In this document: piece by piece, positions 31,234-41,936 of the stretch
How positions within the stretch are numbered: position 1 is the stretch's first letter
Layout: every line of letters begins with the position of its first letter
Origin: Synechococcus sp.
GTDB taxonomy: Bacteria; Cyanobacteriota; Cyanobacteriia; PCC-6307; Cyanobiaceae
Length of the DNA: 64,000 nt
Assembly (NCBI GenBank): GCA_047285805.1
Contig: JBJBCN010000002.1
Span: 480,001-544,000 of the forward strand
Direction: 5' to 3'
The notes under the pieces: generated by a model
The model's input: only the letters and a program-made list of their open reading frames with translations
Told to the model about the DNA's origin: nothing
Databases searched by the model: none
Program-made: the position numbers and the translations under genes

Positions 31234-32349
31234 GTGTCGCCGCTGACGCTGCACCGCCCCGCCAGTCGCCTGTCGCGTCTGGGGCTTGCACTGCTTCTTC
31301 CCTGTGTGACTTTCCTATCTGCGTTGCCGGCGCGAGGGTGGAGTGCCCTCTCCGCCTGGGCTATCAGTCGCAATGGAGTCCTGGAATTACGGACGCCGCC
31401 GGCCACGCGGCTGCAGGCCTTTTTTGAGGAGGGCGGTGCCGGGATGGGGCCTCGCATCTGGGTGGATTTGCCCGGGGCCCCTCAGCGCTCGAGAACGCTG
31501 GCCGGCAATGGTGCGATCCGTGAGGTCCGCATCGGCAGACCCACTGACAACGCCACCCGCTTAGTGATCGAGTTCGCACCCGGGACTCGCCTGGACCCCC
31601 GTAAAATCAAGCTGGTGGGCACCGACGTTGACCGCTGGTCCATGGATTTTGGGCCCAGTGTGCGCGGTCTCCATGCCATCGGTGAGGGCAGTCTTGAACG
31701 GCCTCAAGGTCCCAGTTGGCGCGCCCTGCCTCCCCCGGCTCTCCAGCTGCCGCGCGGTCCCATTCCAAAACTGGGGGATCTTCCGTCGGTTCCCCGGGGG
31801 CGTTACACGGTGGTGCTCGATCCTGGCCACGGTGGCCCGGATCCAGGTGCGATCGGCATAAACAACCTGCGCGAGACCGATGTGGTTCTCGATGTGAGCC
31901 TGCAGGTGGCTCATATCCTTCAATTCAAGGGTGTGCGGGTCCTGCTCACCCGCTCTTCAGAAGTTGATGTGGACTTGCCCCCTCGGGTGGCGTTGGCCAA
32001 CAACAACCGAGCGGATCTCTTCGTCAGCATCCATGCCAACGCCCTGAGCATGAATCGCCCGGACGTGAACGGTGTTGAGACCTTCTATTTCCAGGGCGGT
32101 CGTTCCTTAAACCTGGCTCAGTCCATCCAGAACCAGCTCTTGGCGGCGTCGCCTGGAACCCCAGACCGGGGAGCGCGCTCCGGCCGCTTCTTTGTGATTC
32201 GCCGCACGGTGATGCCCGCAGCTCTGGTGGAGATGGGCTTTGTCACGGGTCAACTTGATGCCCCGCGATTGGCCGATCCCGTTTTCCGCCGGCGGCTCGC
32301 CGTTGCTATCGCTATGGGCATCCTGAATTACCTGGTCGCTTACCCATGA
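31234..32349 (+). CDS. N-acetylmuramoyl-L-alanine amidase (AMIN + Amidase_3)
   Basis: LDPGHGG.DPGA, FVSIHAN, LVEMGF; GTG 31234 chosen as start. Confidence 0.93.
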   Translation: MSPLTLHRPASRLSRLGLALLLPCVTFLSALPARGWSALSAWAISRNGVLELRTPPATRLQAFFEEGGAGMGPRIWVDLPGAPQRSRTLAGNGAIREVRIGRPTDNATRLVIEFAPGTRLDPRKIKLVGTDVDRWSMDFGPSVRGLHAIGEGSLERPQGPSWRALPPPALQLPRGPIPKLGDLPSVPRGRYTVVLDPGHGGPDPGAIGINNLRETDVVLDVSLQVAHILQFKGVRVLLTRSSEVDVDLPPRVALANNNRADLFVSIHANALSMNRPDVNGVETFYFQGGRSLNLAQSIQNQLLAASPGTPDRGARSGRFFVIRRTVMPAALVEMGFVTGQLDAPRLADPVFRRRLAVAIAMGILNYLVAYP

Positions 32350-33194
32350 GTGGGGCCCCCATCGGCCTCTTTGATTCCGGCGTTGGCGGTTTAAGCATCT
32401 GGCGCCAGGTGGTGCATGCCCTGCCGTCTGAGCCACTGCTCTACGTCGCCGATCAGGCTCATGTGCCGTACGGCCATCGCTCGGCAGCCGAGATTCAGGC
32501 CAACAGCCAGGCGATAGCGGACTATTTGGTTTCCGAAGGCTGCAAGGCGATCGTGGTGGCCTGCAACACCGCCTCTGCCGTTGCGCTGGAGCCGCTCCGC
32601 CAGCGTTTTCCGCAGCTACCGATTCTCGGTTTAGAGCCCGCGGTGAAGCCGGCGGTGCAGCTCACCCGCTCCGGGGTGGTGGGGGTGATGGCCACACCGG
32701 CCACATTTCACGGCCAGTTGTATCGAGCCACGGTCGGTCGCTACGCCACGGCCGTTCAGGTGGTGGAGCAGGTTTGTGTCGGCCTGGCGGAATTGGTGGA
32801 GCAGGGCGAGCTGGAGGGACGGGACTGTGACTCCAGGTTGATGGGCTATCTGGAGCCCATGTTGGCGGCCGGGGCCGACACGATTGTCTTGGGCTGTACC
32901 CACTACCCCTTCGTGATCGAGTCCATCCGCCGTTTGGTGGGGCCGTTGATGGCGGTCGTGGATCCAGCGCCGGCCGTGGCCCGTCACCTTGCCGATGTCC
33001 TGGCCAGGGACGGGCTGTTGGCCCCTGTCGAGAGGGGGCCGCTGGAGCCGGCTTCCCGCTACCGCTTTGCCACAACGGCCAATCCATCGGCTTTCAACCA
33101 GGCCCTCTCGCGACTGGTGGGTGTGAGGAGCTCTAGTCAGACCTTGATCTGGCGACAGGGTCCCGATCAATCCCTCGTTCTCCACCCTGCTTAG
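32346..33194 (+). CDS. murI: glutamate racemase
   Basis: FDSGVGG, VACNTAS, LGCTHYP. Confidence 0.96.
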   Translation: MSGAPIGLFDSGVGGLSIWRQVVHALPSEPLLYVADQAHVPYGHRSAAEIQANSQAIADYLVSEGCKAIVVACNTASAVALEPLRQRFPQLPILGLEPAVKPAVQLTRSGVVGVMATPATFHGQLYRATVGRYATAVQVVEQVCVGLAELVEQGELEGRDCDSRLMGYLEPMLAAGADTIVLGCTHYPFVIESIRRLVGPLMAVVDPAPAVARHLADVLARDGLLAPVERGPLEPASRYRFATTANPSAFNQALSRLVGVRSSSQTLIWRQGPDQSLVLHPA

Positions 33195-33244
33195 GCAGCG
33201 GTCAGAGGCTGGCTCCTTCTAGGATCAAACCACCGCTGGGGTTC

Positions 33245-34216
33245 ATGGCCACCGTTGCAGAGCTGCTACAGCCCGTCGAGTCCGATCTCGAGGCTCTGCT
33301 GAGTGATCTCCGCAGTCTGATTGGTGCTGGGCACCCGATTCTCCAAGCCGCTGCAGAGCATCTCTTCAGCGCTGGTGGAAAGCGGCTTCGTCCCGGCATT
33401 GTTCTTTTGATTTCACGGGCGCTTGCGCCCGATGGTGAGCTCACCAGCCGTCACCGGCGCCTGGCCGAAATCACCGAGATGATCCACACCGCCTCGCTCG
33501 TCCACGATGACGTGGTGGATGAGGCCTCCACCCGCCGCGGCGTCGACACCGTCCACAGCCGCTTCAATCACCGCGTTGCGGTCCTGGCCGGTGACTTCCT
33601 GTTCGCTCAGGCCAGTTGGCACCTCGCCAACCTGGACAACCTCGAGGTGGTCAAGCTCCTCTCTCGCGTGATCATGGATCTCGCCGATGGAGAGGTGAAA
33701 CAGGGCCTCTATCGCTACGACACAGGCCAGAGCTTCGAGACCTACCTCGAGAAGAGCTACTGCAAGACCGCCTCGTTGATTGCCAACAGTGCCCGTGCGG
33801 CCGGGGTTCTTAGTGGTCTGCCTAAATCACAGCTCGATGACCTCTATCGCTTTGGGCGGCAGTTGGGCTTGGCTTTCCAGGTGGTCGATGACATCCTTGA
33901 TTTCACCGGCAGTGACCAACAGCTGGGCAAGCCCGCAGCCAGCGACCTTGCCAGCGGCTACCTAACGGCACCGGCTCTCTATGCCCTTGAGGAACGTCCG
34001 GCGCTAGCTGGTCTGATTGAGCGAGAGTTCAACCAAGAGGGAGATCTCGAGCAAGCCCTGGAATTGGTTCGCAGCAGCAACGCGATCCATCGTTCACGGA
34101 ACCTGGCCGAGACCTTCGCCAATGAGGCCTACGAGGCCCTGAGCTTCCTACCCCCATCGGATTGCCGCACGGCTCTGTTGGATCTGCCTGAGTTTGTTCT
34201 GAGCCGCCTCTACTGA
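33245..34216 (+). CDS. sds: solanesyl diphosphate synthase
   Basis: GGKRLRP, LVHDDVVD, FQVVDDILD. Confidence 0.93.
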   Translation: MATVAELLQPVESDLEALLSDLRSLIGAGHPILQAAAEHLFSAGGKRLRPGIVLLISRALAPDGELTSRHRRLAEITEMIHTASLVHDDVVDEASTRRGVDTVHSRFNHRVAVLAGDFLFAQASWHLANLDNLEVVKLLSRVIMDLADGEVKQGLYRYDTGQSFETYLEKSYCKTASLIANSARAAGVLSGLPKSQLDDLYRFGRQLGLAFQVVDDILDFTGSDQQLGKPAASDLASGYLTAPALYALEERPALAGLIEREFNQEGDLEQALELVRSSNAIHRSRNLAETFANEAYEALSFLPPSDCRTALLDLPEFVLSRLY

Positions 34217-34884
34217 GGAGTGTCACCGAGTAACGGCAGCACGTCGATGAGTGAGGTGAGCATCTCTGCGCCTTCTTCCTGGTAATGCTTGCGATCGGCA
34301 CCAGGTGCCGGCACTACGAAGACGCGACAGCCCGCTGCCAAGGCGGCCTCGGCTCCCGCGGGGGAGTCTTCAAAGGCCCAGCTCTCAGCGCAGTCAACCC
34401 CCAAACGCTGGGCGGCGAGTTTAAAGACATCCGGATGGGGCTTTCCCCGTTTGAGTTCGGGATCGTCACCATGGACCCGTTCTTGAATGGCCTCGAGCCA
34501 GGGGTGCGGTTTGGCTTTGAGCTTCACCGCCTCCCTGGAGCTGCTGGTGGCAAGAGCCATCGGTAGAGCCATGTCGAGGCATCGTCGAACCAGCGCTTGG
34601 GCTCCGGCCATGGGTTGGGCCTGGATCAGGAGTGCTTCGGCGATGGGTTGGCGGATAGCCAGCAAGGCCTCCGGGTTGGGGACCTCGAGGCCGCTTGTAC
34701 CAATCCAGAGACGGACTTGATCGGCGCAGTCCAGCCGCCGGCGCCCTCGCAATTGCATGAGCTCCCCATCCGTCAGCTCTCGACCGAAGTGCTGGGCCGC
34801 CTGCTGCCAGGCCTGGGCATGCAGGGGTTCGGTGTCGAGCAGAAGCCCATCGAGGTCGAACAGGCAGGCGGCGGGATGAGCCAT
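34210..34884 (-). CDS. HAD family phosphatase
   Basis: FDLDGLLLDTE, ATSS, KPHPD, FEDS. Confidence 0.9.
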   Translation of the reverse strand: MAHPAACLFDLDGLLLDTEPLHAQAWQQAAQHFGRELTDGELMQLRGRRRLDCADQVRLWIGTSGLEVPNPEALLAIRQPIAEALLIQAQPMAGAQALVRRCLDMALPMALATSSSREAVKLKAKPHPWLEAIQERVHGDDPELKRGKPHPDVFKLAAQRLGVDCAESWAFEDSPAGAEAALAAGCRVFVVPAPGADRKHYQEEGAEMLTSLIDVLPLLGDTPQ

Positions 34885-34974
34885 GTCCCCATCCTGAACC
34901 CTGCAACAGCGTTACAGCCCTTCAGCGCGGCGTTTTTCCTCGCTTGAATGGCCCCATTACTTTGTCGCTGGCCC

Positions 34975-36945
34975 ATGTCTGAGACCGGGATCGAATCAGT
35001 GCTGAATGAGGCGCGGGTGTTTGATCCACCGGCAGCGCTCTCCGCAGCGGCTCGGATAGGCTCCCTGCAGACGTATCGCGAACTGGCGGCCCTTGCGGAG
35101 GTCGATCCCGATACCTTTTGGGGCGAGGCGGCACGCCGGGAGCTGCATTGGTTTAAGCCGTTTGAGACTGTCCTCGATTGGAGCAATCCCCCCTTTGCGC
35201 GCTGGTTTGAGGGGGGACAAACCAACCTCTCCTACAACTGTTTGGACCGCCATCTCAGTGGACCCCGGGCGGAGAAGACGGCCCTGATCTGGGAGGGCGA
35301 ACCGGGCGATGTTCGCCGCTTCAGTTACCGCGAATTGCATGCGGAAGTCTGCAAAGCTGCCAATGCCCTCAAGGCCCTCGGCATCGCCAAGGGCGACCTA
35401 GTCGCGCTTTACATGCCGATGGTGCCCGAGGCGGCCATTGCGATGTTGGCCTGCGCCCGTATCGGCGCACCCCATTCCGTGGTCTTCGGTGGCTTCTCCG
35501 CAGATGCCCTGCGCGATCGGCTCATCGACGGCGAGGTCAAAGCGGTCATTACCGCCGATGGCGGTTTCCGCAAGGACAAACCCGTTCCCCTGAAGCCTGC
35601 CGTTGACGAGGCCCTAGCGGCCAAAGGCGGTGCCCCCAGCGTTGAGCATGTTCTGGTGGTCCAGCGCATCGACTCCGGATGTGCAATGGAGTCTGGTCGT
35701 GACCACTGGTGGCATGAGCTCGTGGCTGGACAGAGCAGCGACTGTGCAGCTGAGCCGATGGAGAGCGAGGACCGTCTTTTTGTCCTTTACACCTCGGGCT
35801 CCACGGGGAAACCGAAGGGTGTCGTGCACACCACCGCCGGTTACAACCTCTGGGCCCACCTGACCTTCCAGTGGATATTCGACATCCGCGAAGACGACGT
35901 GCACTGGTGCACGGCGGATGTGGGCTGGATCACGGGACACAGCTATATCGTCTATGGCCCCCTCTCCAACGGGGCGACGACGGTGATGTACGAGGGCGCA
36001 CCCCGCCCGAGCAAGCCAGGCGCCTTCTGGGAGTTGATCCAGAAACACCGGTGCACCATCTTTTACACCGCACCGACGGCGATTCGCGCCTTCATGAAGA
36101 GTGGCCGTGAGGTGCCGGATCAATACGACATGAGTTCCTTGCGGATCTTGGGCACCGTGGGTGAGCCGATTAATCCGGAGGCCTGGATCTGGTATCGCGA
36201 TGTCATCGGCGGCGGTCGCTGCCCGATCGTCGACACCTGGTGGCAGACGGAAACCGGTGGAGTGATGATCAGCCCCCTACCGGCAGCGACCCCGACGAAG
36301 CCTGGTTCCGCGACCCTTCCCCTTCCCGGGATTGAGGCCGACATCGTCGACTATGACGGCAACTCTCAAGGAGCCGATCAAGGGGGTTACCTCGCCGTTC
36401 GCCGTCCTTGGCCAGGGATGATGCGCACCGTCCACGGTGATCCGGACCGCTTCCGCAAGAGCTACTGGGAGGAGATTCGTCCAGCTGATGGCTCCCACAT
36501 CTATTTCGCCGGTGACGGAGCCCGTCGCGATGCCGATGGATACTTCTGGGTCATGGGCCGGGTCGACGACGTGATCAACGTCAGTGGCCACAGGCTCGGG
36601 ACGATGGAAATCGAGAGCGCCCTGGTGAGTCACCCCGCCGTGGCGGAGTCGGCTGTGGTCGGCCGCCCGGATGATCTCAAGGGTGAGGGCATCGTCGCCT
36701 TCGTCACCCTTGAGGCCGGGCGCAGTGGTGATGACGCCTTGATCGCAGAGCTTCGCAGACATGTGGGCAAGGAGATCGGTCCGATTGCCCGCCCGGATGT
36801 GATCAAGTTCAGCGATGCCCTTCCGAAGACCCGTAGCGGCAAGATCATGCGCAGAATTTTGCGCTCTCTGGCCGCCGGTCAAGAGGTGAGCGGCGACACC
36901 TCAACCCTCGAGGATCGTTCCGTCCTCGATCAGTTGCGGGTCTGA
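34975..36945 (+). CDS. acs: acetyl-CoA synthetase
   Basis: [34 protein letters not shown]. Confidence 0.98.
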   Translation: MSETGIESVLNEARVFDPPAALSAAARIGSLQTYRELAALAEVDPDTFWGEAARRELHWFKPFETVLDWSNPPFARWFEGGQTNLSYNCLDRHLSGPRAEKTALIWEGEPGDVRRFSYRELHAEVCKAANALKALGIAKGDLVALYMPMVPEAAIAMLACARIGAPHSVVFGGFSADALRDRLIDGEVKAVITADGGFRKDKPVPLKPAVDEALAAKGGAPSVEHVLVVQRIDSGCAMESGRDHWWHELVAGQSSDCAAEPMESEDRLFVLYTSGSTGKPKGVVHTTAGYNLWAHLTFQWIFDIREDDVHWCTADVGWITGHSYIVYGPLSNGATTVMYEGAPRPSKPGAFWELIQKHRCTIFYTAPTAIRAFMKSGREVPDQYDMSSLRILGTVGEPINPEAWIWYRDVIGGGRCPIVDTWWQTETGGVMISPLPAATPTKPGSATLPLPGIEADIVDYDGNSQGADQGGYLAVRRPWPGMMRTVHGDPDRFRKSYWEEIRPADGSHIYFAGDGARRDADGYFWVMGRVDDVINVSGHRLGTMEIESALVSHPAVAESAVVGRPDDLKGEGIVAFVTLEAGRSGDDALIAELRRHVGKEIGPIARPDVIKFSDALPKTRSGKIMRRILRSLAAGQEVSGDTSTLEDRSVLDQLRV

Positions 36946-37655
36946 CTCGGGCTTTTCCACCACTGCAGCAGTTGATCGGCCAGTTGATCCAGTTCCCTCT
37001 GTCGGGCTGGATCATCGGCCCATCCCCCCAGCAGTTTTTGTCGTAGTCCTGCGCTGGCGGGGGTGAGGTGATCTCCGGCTCGCTGCATCAATTGCGAGTT
37101 GTCTGGGCTGCGTTGTTGCAGCACCTTCAGGAGCCGAGGGCTCTGGTCCAGTTGGTCGCTCTTAAAGCGCACCAGCAGATTGTTGGCTTGTCTGTAATTC
37201 CGCTCAATCAGCCGCAGGGTTTCCTCGGGGGATGGACTGAATTCACTGGTCACCCCGAGGGCCGGTCCGATCTCCGCGAGCAGTGGAACGCTGCGTTCGG
37301 CCGAGAAGTTGTTGAAGCTCATGGCCGCCAGGGCGCTGCAGCCTCGTCCGTTATCGGGGGCCAGAAGGTGCAGCTTGCAGCCCAGGCTGTGGCCGAGCCT
37401 CAACGGTGGGGGCTGATCAGGGTCTCGCCGCTGGCGAAAGGTCCTCCAGGCTTCATTGGCCTGGGCCTGATGGTCAAAGCCTGGGACATAGCTCCAAGCG
37501 TGGATGGCCATGCCGCGGCGCGCCAAGGCCTCGAGCAAGCGCCGATAGCTGATCTTTGGTGTCGCAGCGAGATAGCTGCCGCCGATGAACTCGATCAACC
37601 CCTGGGGTTGGGGAGGGCTCCAGCACCAGAGACTTCCCCGCTGACGCCAGTTCAC
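36930..37655 (-). CDS. DUF1350 family protein (alpha/beta hydrolase-like)
   Basis: [32 protein letters not shown] overlaps the upstream stop. Confidence 0.82.
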   Translation of the reverse strand: MNWRQRGSLWCWSPPQPQGLIEFIGGSYLAATPKISYRRLLEALARRGMAIHAWSYVPGFDHQAQANEAWRTFRQRRDPDQPPPLRLGHSLGCKLHLLAPDNGRGCSALAAMSFNNFSAERSVPLLAEIGPALGVTSEFSPSPEETLRLIERNYRQANNLLVRFKSDQLDQSPRLLKVLQQRSPDNSQLMQRAGDHLTPASAGLRQKLLGGWADDPARQRELDQLADQLLQWWKSPSQTRN

Positions 37656-38122
37656 GCGGCCTGCAGGCGCTTCAGGCACTCCAGGGCTTCACGGCGATGG
37701 GCCGGCCCGTCCAGCAGGTTGTTGAAGACGTGGCGCACTACACCCTCGGCGTCGATCACATAGGTGACGCGGCCCGGCAGAAGCCCAAGGACGCCAGGTA
37801 CACCAAAGGCCTTGCGCAGCTGGTTGTCATGGTCCACCAGCAAGGGGTAAGGGAGGTTGTGGCGGGTGGCGAAGCGTTGATGACTGCCGGCGTTGTCGCC
37901 GCTGACCCCCCAGACGTCGGCCCCCAAGGCCTGCAAATCGGCGTAGCTGTCGCGGAAGGCGCAGGCCTCCATCGTGCAGCCCGGAGTGTCGTCCTTTGGG
38001 TAGAAGAAGAGCACCAGGGACTTGCCGGTCAATTGGTCGCTGCGGCGCTCAACCCCGTTCTGATCCTGTAGGGCGATCAGGGGAGCGCGATCACCGCTTT
38101 TTAGGGCTTGAGCCAAGGCCAA
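37652..38122 (-). CDS. peroxiredoxin Q / BCP
   Basis: FFYPKDDTPGCTMEAC.FRD, GRVTYVID. Confidence 0.95.
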   Translation of the reverse strand: MALAQALKSGDRAPLIALQDQNGVERRSDQLTGKSLVLFFYPKDDTPGCTMEACAFRDSYADLQALGADVWGVSGDNAGSHQRFATRHNLPYPLLVDHDNQLRKAFGVPGVLGLLPGRVTYVIDAEGVVRHVFNNLLDGPAHRREALECLKRLQAA

Positions 38123-38214
38123 TCCAACAGATGGGCAAACCCTAGGGAGGGGCTGGCCAGGGCTGGGATCATGGGGGCACTACGGAGGTGGTGATGGTCA
38201 GGGGCGACGCCGAG

Positions 38215-39132
38215 ATGGACGACCAACAGTCGCTCACCGCTTGGGAGCAGGTTGACCTGCTCAGCCTGGTAGGCGCCCCTGCGGCCACCTCGCTCCCCTC
38301 GCAACCAGAGCCAGAGCGTTCTGATGAACCTATGTCGGCAATCGAGTCAGCCTCTGAGCCCGATGTCATTTCTGAGCAGGTTCCTGAACCAGCCGCCCTG
38401 CCAATCCCCGCAGAGGTGCCTGCAGTCTCACCGGAGCGTCTACTGATCCTCGACACCGAGACCACGGGACTATCCCCAGCGCAACACCAGTGCATCGAGG
38501 TTGGGGCAGTGCTGTTCTCGGTCCCGGATCGCTCCGTGCTGAGTCAGGTCTCGTTTTTGGTGCCCTGTCAGAGCAATGCCGCTGAAGCGGTGAATGGGAT
38601 CGCACCCGCCCTCACCCAGCGAACACAGCCCTGGCAGGCCGGTTTGGCCTGCTTTGAGGCCATGGTCGAGGCGGCTGATCTGCTGTTGGCCCACAACGCC
38701 TCCTTCGACAAGCAGTGGTTTGGCCTCGCTTCCCTGCCAGCCCTAAACAAGCCCTGGCTTTGTTCGATGGAGGACATCCGTTGGCCCCAGGAACGCCAGC
38801 TGCGATCAACCCCTTCGGTCCGTGATCTGGCCTTGGCCTATGGCGTTCCGGTTTGGGCGGCCCACCGGGCTTTGACCGACTGCATCTACCTGGCGCAGGT
38901 TTTTGAGCGCTGCGAGGGCTTGGAGGATCTCCTGGTTCAAGCGATGGAGCCGCGTCGCCTCTACCGCGCACGCCTCTCCTACGAGGAACGGCACAAGGCC
39001 CGGGAGGCTGGATTCCGTTGGAACCAGCCTGTGAGTGGCGCCTGGAGCCGCCGCCTTTCCGAGCGGGAGGTGGCTTTACTTCCATTCCCGGTGGCTCCGG
39101 TGGATGATCCAGGGGAGCGGCAGAGCGCCTGA
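38215..39132 (+). CDS. DEDDh 3'-5' exonuclease (DnaQ-like)
   Basis: ILDTETTG, AHNASFD, AHRALTD. Confidence 0.92.
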   Translation: MDDQQSLTAWEQVDLLSLVGAPAATSLPSQPEPERSDEPMSAIESASEPDVISEQVPEPAALPIPAEVPAVSPERLLILDTETTGLSPAQHQCIEVGAVLFSVPDRSVLSQVSFLVPCQSNAAEAVNGIAPALTQRTQPWQAGLACFEAMVEAADLLLAHNASFDKQWFGLASLPALNKPWLCSMEDIRWPQERQLRSTPSVRDLALAYGVPVWAAHRALTDCIYLAQVFERCEGLEDLLVQAMEPRRLYRARLSYEERHKAREAGFRWNQPVSGAWSRRLSEREVALLPFPVAPVDDPGERQSA

Positions 39133-39221
39133 TTTGCTTCAGCAACAGGAAGCGGACCCGCTCATTTGAATGACTTGCCATGGGCTCTCACCATCGTGGT
39201 GGGTACGCTCTGCTCCTTTAC

Positions 39222-39485
39222 ATGTCTGCTCACGCCCGTGGTCATCCCTCCAGGCCTTGCGCGGTTAGCAAGGTCCAGCGCTGGCAGCGCAGCCGCACCT
39301 GGGCCCGCTTAATCCGGGAAGCGGAAGCGCTTTGGCATGTTGATGTGCGTGAGCTTCATCGCCTCGCAGCCCTGGAGTTGTCCCAATTGCTGGAAGAGGT
39401 GCCGCCGGGTCTGCGCCCTCGCGTGAATCGCTGGTTAGAGGGCTATCACGTCCATACGCGCCTGGAACCAGATTCGAAGCTTTGA
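39222..39485 (+). CDS. conserved hypothetical protein
   Basis: WARLIREAEALWHVDVR...ELSQLLEEVP...RVNRWL; fills the intergenic space. Confidence 0.65.
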   Translation: MSAHARGHPSRPCAVSKVQRWQRSRTWARLIREAEALWHVDVRELHRLAALELSQLLEEVPPGLRPRVNRWLEGYHVHTRLEPDSKL

Positions 39486-39489
39486 TGCG

Positions 39490-40046
39490 TGAGTGTCAGT
39501 AGTGAGGCTAGGAGCTCACAGTTCGGAAAACGCTTCGAGTGAATGTTCAAGTAGGTCTGGCCATCCAGCAGGGCCTTGAGGTCCTGCTGCTGGATCACCA
39601 CCGAACCTGTCAGCCGACAGGTCGTGACTCCCTCCCGAAGGGGGCCCCGCTGAAGCTTCAGATCCGTTTGGACGGTAGCGGTGGTGTAGGGGATCTAGAG
39701 GACCCCCGGCATAGGCCCCGGGTTGGCTCGGGGGTGTCGGCCCTTGTACATGGATGCCTCCGTACACCGCTGGACGAAATAATCCGCCTGCTGAAAGATT
39801 TTGGAAGGCGAAATCAAAAACCAAGCGTTGGGTCTCTGCTTCGTAGTAGATCCTGCGGGGATTGATGAGCCCGCCCGTGGCGGACGATTCCTTGACATTG
39901 GCAAAGCCTGGGCCGCCAGCGCCATTCCCCGGGAGAAGTCAGTTGCCCGTGTAAACACTGAGTCGAAGGTGCATGGGCTCAGCCTGTTCGCGTAGGCCGA
40001 GGGCCATGACCGTGACCAGGGGCAGCAAGCGAAGAAAGGCCTTCAT
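39490..40046 (-). pseudogene. degraded CHRD-domain secreted protein
   Basis: Signal peptide MKAFLRLLPLV; TGA at 39939-39941; SSATG...LVFDFAFQNL...GIHVQGP; frameshift at the G5 run 39703-39707; TAG at 39695-39697; then DLKALLDGQTYLNIHSKRFPNCEL. Confidence 0.72.
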
Positions 40047-40098
40047 GAATCAGTGAATCTGGACTCGGTCTAGCCAGCTTCCTTGTTGTTGTTACACC

Positions 40099-40125
40099 AA
40101 AAAAACCACCTCTGGGGGAGGTGGT
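40099..40125 (-). terminator. rho-independent terminator downstream of tRNA-Pro
   Basis: Minus strand ACCACCTC-CCCCA-GAGGTGGT followed by a T run. Confidence 0.85.
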
Positions 40126-40150
40126 CAATTTGGTCTTGCCGTTGATGAAA

Positions 40151-40224
40151 TCGGAGCGGCGGGATTTGAACCCACGACCCCCACTACCCCAAAGTGGTGC
40201 GCTACCAAGCTGCGCTACGCCCCG
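40151..40224 (-). tRNA. tRNA-Pro (GGG)
   Basis: CGGGGCGTAGCGCAGCTTGGTAGCGCACCACTTTGGGGTAGTGGGGGTCGTGGGTTCAAATCCCGCCGCTCCGA; anticodon loop TTGGGGT; CCA not encoded. Confidence 0.97.
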
Positions 40225-40239
40225 GCGACGAAGAAGCTA

Positions 40240-40626
40240 TCACAGCGCTTTCCCGCGTCTGGAACGGATTTTTCGAAGCATCTGGCGGGTCAGTTGCTCC
40301 CGGTTTAACCCCGCATAGCCCCAGAGGCGGAGGCCGCAGGCGAGCTCCCTCAACTCCCGCAGATTCATCGACGCCAGGCGCAGTTCAGGCACCTTCTGCC
40401 AGGCGGTGGCCGTGGGTGGCAAAGCACTGCCAACGCGGCCCGGTTTCAGGCTGGAGAGTGCCCCGTCCGCCATCCATTCGGGCACAAGCACAAACAGCAC
40501 GGCTAAAAGCCCGTAGAGCTCCACAAGACCACGGGGCAAGGGATGCAGTTGCCGAGGGGCGTTGGTGTCAGCCGATTCGGTAATGGGTCTTGGCTCCGTG
40601 TCAGCGCCGGCGCCATTGTTTCGCAA
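40240..40626 (-). CDS. conserved hypothetical membrane protein
   Basis: PLPRGLVELYGLLAVLFVLVPEW TM segment; C-terminal LRELRELA..L.LWGY helical motif. Confidence 0.7.
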   Translation of the reverse strand: MRNNGAGADTEPRPITESADTNAPRQLHPLPRGLVELYGLLAVLFVLVPEWMADGALSSLKPGRVGSALPPTATAWQKVPELRLASMNLRELRELACGLRLWGYAGLNREQLTRQMLRKIRSRRGKAL

Positions 40627-40669
40627 GCCACGTCCTCCCCCAAGGGGGGCAGCGGCTGAGCTGTCCGCC

Positions 40670-40852
40670 TTAGATCAGGTCAGCTGGGCGACGTTGGAGT
40701 GGCTTCGGGCTCTCAAGGGCGGGTTGGTCTTTCCAGAGCATCGGCACTTCGGTACTGGGCGCCAAGCGGACATACCAAAAGACCATCGCAAAGATCAGCC
40801 CGAGGGTGGCCAACATGCCGATGATCAGGGTGCGATCGGGCAACGGATTCAT
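40670..40852 (-). CDS. small membrane protein
   Basis: Single TM segment; ATG overlaps the upstream TGA. Confidence 0.6.
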   Translation of the reverse strand: MNPLPDRTLIIGMLATLGLIFAMVFWYVRLAPSTEVPMLWKDQPALESPKPLQRRPADLI

Positions 40853-41145
40853 CAGACCTGATCCATCCGCAAACACTGGATGCGCATCGGCAGTTGCTCC
40901 AGGGTGAGTTCATCGCCGCGCAGGATCATTTCCATGCCGTCGCTGCTGTAGCGGACCCCGGGTTCATTGCTTTGAAACCGGAAGAATGTTCTGCGGTAGC
41001 CGCCGCTGATCATGGAGGCCTGGGATTGGTTCCGCTCAATTACGAGCATCCCCTTGTCATGGCAGAGGTATCGATCTTTGATCCCGTAGTCCTCCCACCA
41101 AGGGGACTGCATGGCCTGGGCGATCAGAAGGGCAAAGCCAAGCAT
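40852..41145 (-). CDS. conserved hypothetical secreted protein
   Basis: TAATG coupling to the msrA stop; PWWEDY...YLC...ERNQSQAS...QC. Confidence 0.65.
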   Translation of the reverse strand: MLGFALLIAQAMQSPWWEDYGIKDRYLCHDKGMLVIERNQSQASMISGGYRRTFFRFQSNEPGVRYSSDGMEMILRGDELTLEQLPMRIQCLRMDQV

Positions 41146-41903
41146 TAGAGGCGGATGGGGCTGTTGTCTCCCCGCAGGACGCAGTGGCTGAGGCTCCAGT
41201 CGTAGTGCTCCCACACCGAAGCAGGGAGTTGGTAATGACAGCCCTCCCACTGTTGATCGAGCAAGACGCCCTGGGGTTGAGCTGAGCAGTATGGGCGACT
41301 TCCCGGGCGTGCCAAGTATTGCTGGTGGTATCCCTCCGCGAAGAAAAAGGGTTTGCCCAGAGCGATGTCCGTGGTGATGGCTCCTTTGCAGGAGCCATCG
41401 AGCAGCTCTTGGTAGCGATCACGGGAGGCCTTGGCGACCTCGATGAGCTTTGGTTCGTTGACGAAGATCGAGGAGCGGTACTGGGTTCCGGTGTCATTGC
41501 CCTGGGCCATGCCCTGGGTGGGGTTGTGGCATTCCCAGAACAGTTTCAGGAGATCGCTAAAATCGACTGCATTCACATCCCAGACAACCCGGACCACTTC
41601 GGTGTGTCCCGTGCGGCCCGAGCACACCTCCTCGTAGATGGGATTTGGGGTGAAGCCTCCGGCGTAACCGACGGCGGTAGTTATCACGCCCGGCAGTCGC
41701 CAGAAGCCTTTCTCGGCCCCCCAGAAGCAGCCGCAGCCAAACAGGGCTTCCTGTTGGCTGGTGGTCAATGGTGCCTTGAGTGCCGTACCGAGCACGACGT
41801 GGCGCTCGGAGGTCGCGATCGTATCCCGGCGACCGGGCAGGGCCGCTTCTGGTGCGATCAGGTTTGCCTTCGATTCACCCATGCCTTGGAACAGTCCGAA
41901 CAC
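41145..41903 (-). CDS. msrA: peptide-methionine (S)-S-oxide reductase
   Basis: GCFWGAE, YEEVCSG.TGHTE, QGND.GTQYRS, AEGYHQQY. Confidence 0.96.
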   Translation of the reverse strand: MFGLFQGMGESKANLIAPEAALPGRRDTIATSERHVVLGTALKAPLTTSQQEALFGCGCFWGAEKGFWRLPGVITTAVGYAGGFTPNPIYEEVCSGRTGHTEVVRVVWDVNAVDFSDLLKLFWECHNPTQGMAQGNDTGTQYRSSIFVNEPKLIEVAKASRDRYQELLDGSCKGAITTDIALGKPFFFAEGYHQQYLARPGSRPYCSAQPQGVLLDQQWEGCHYQLPASVWEHYDWSLSHCVLRGDNSPIRL

Positions 41904-41936
41904 ACAGAAGCACTTGCTGGCCAGAGCGTAGGGAGT

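Noticed and set aside
39133..40150. Intact genomic island at tRNA-Pro
   Set aside because: No integrase and no duplicated tRNA 3' end seen; only a pseudogene relic.
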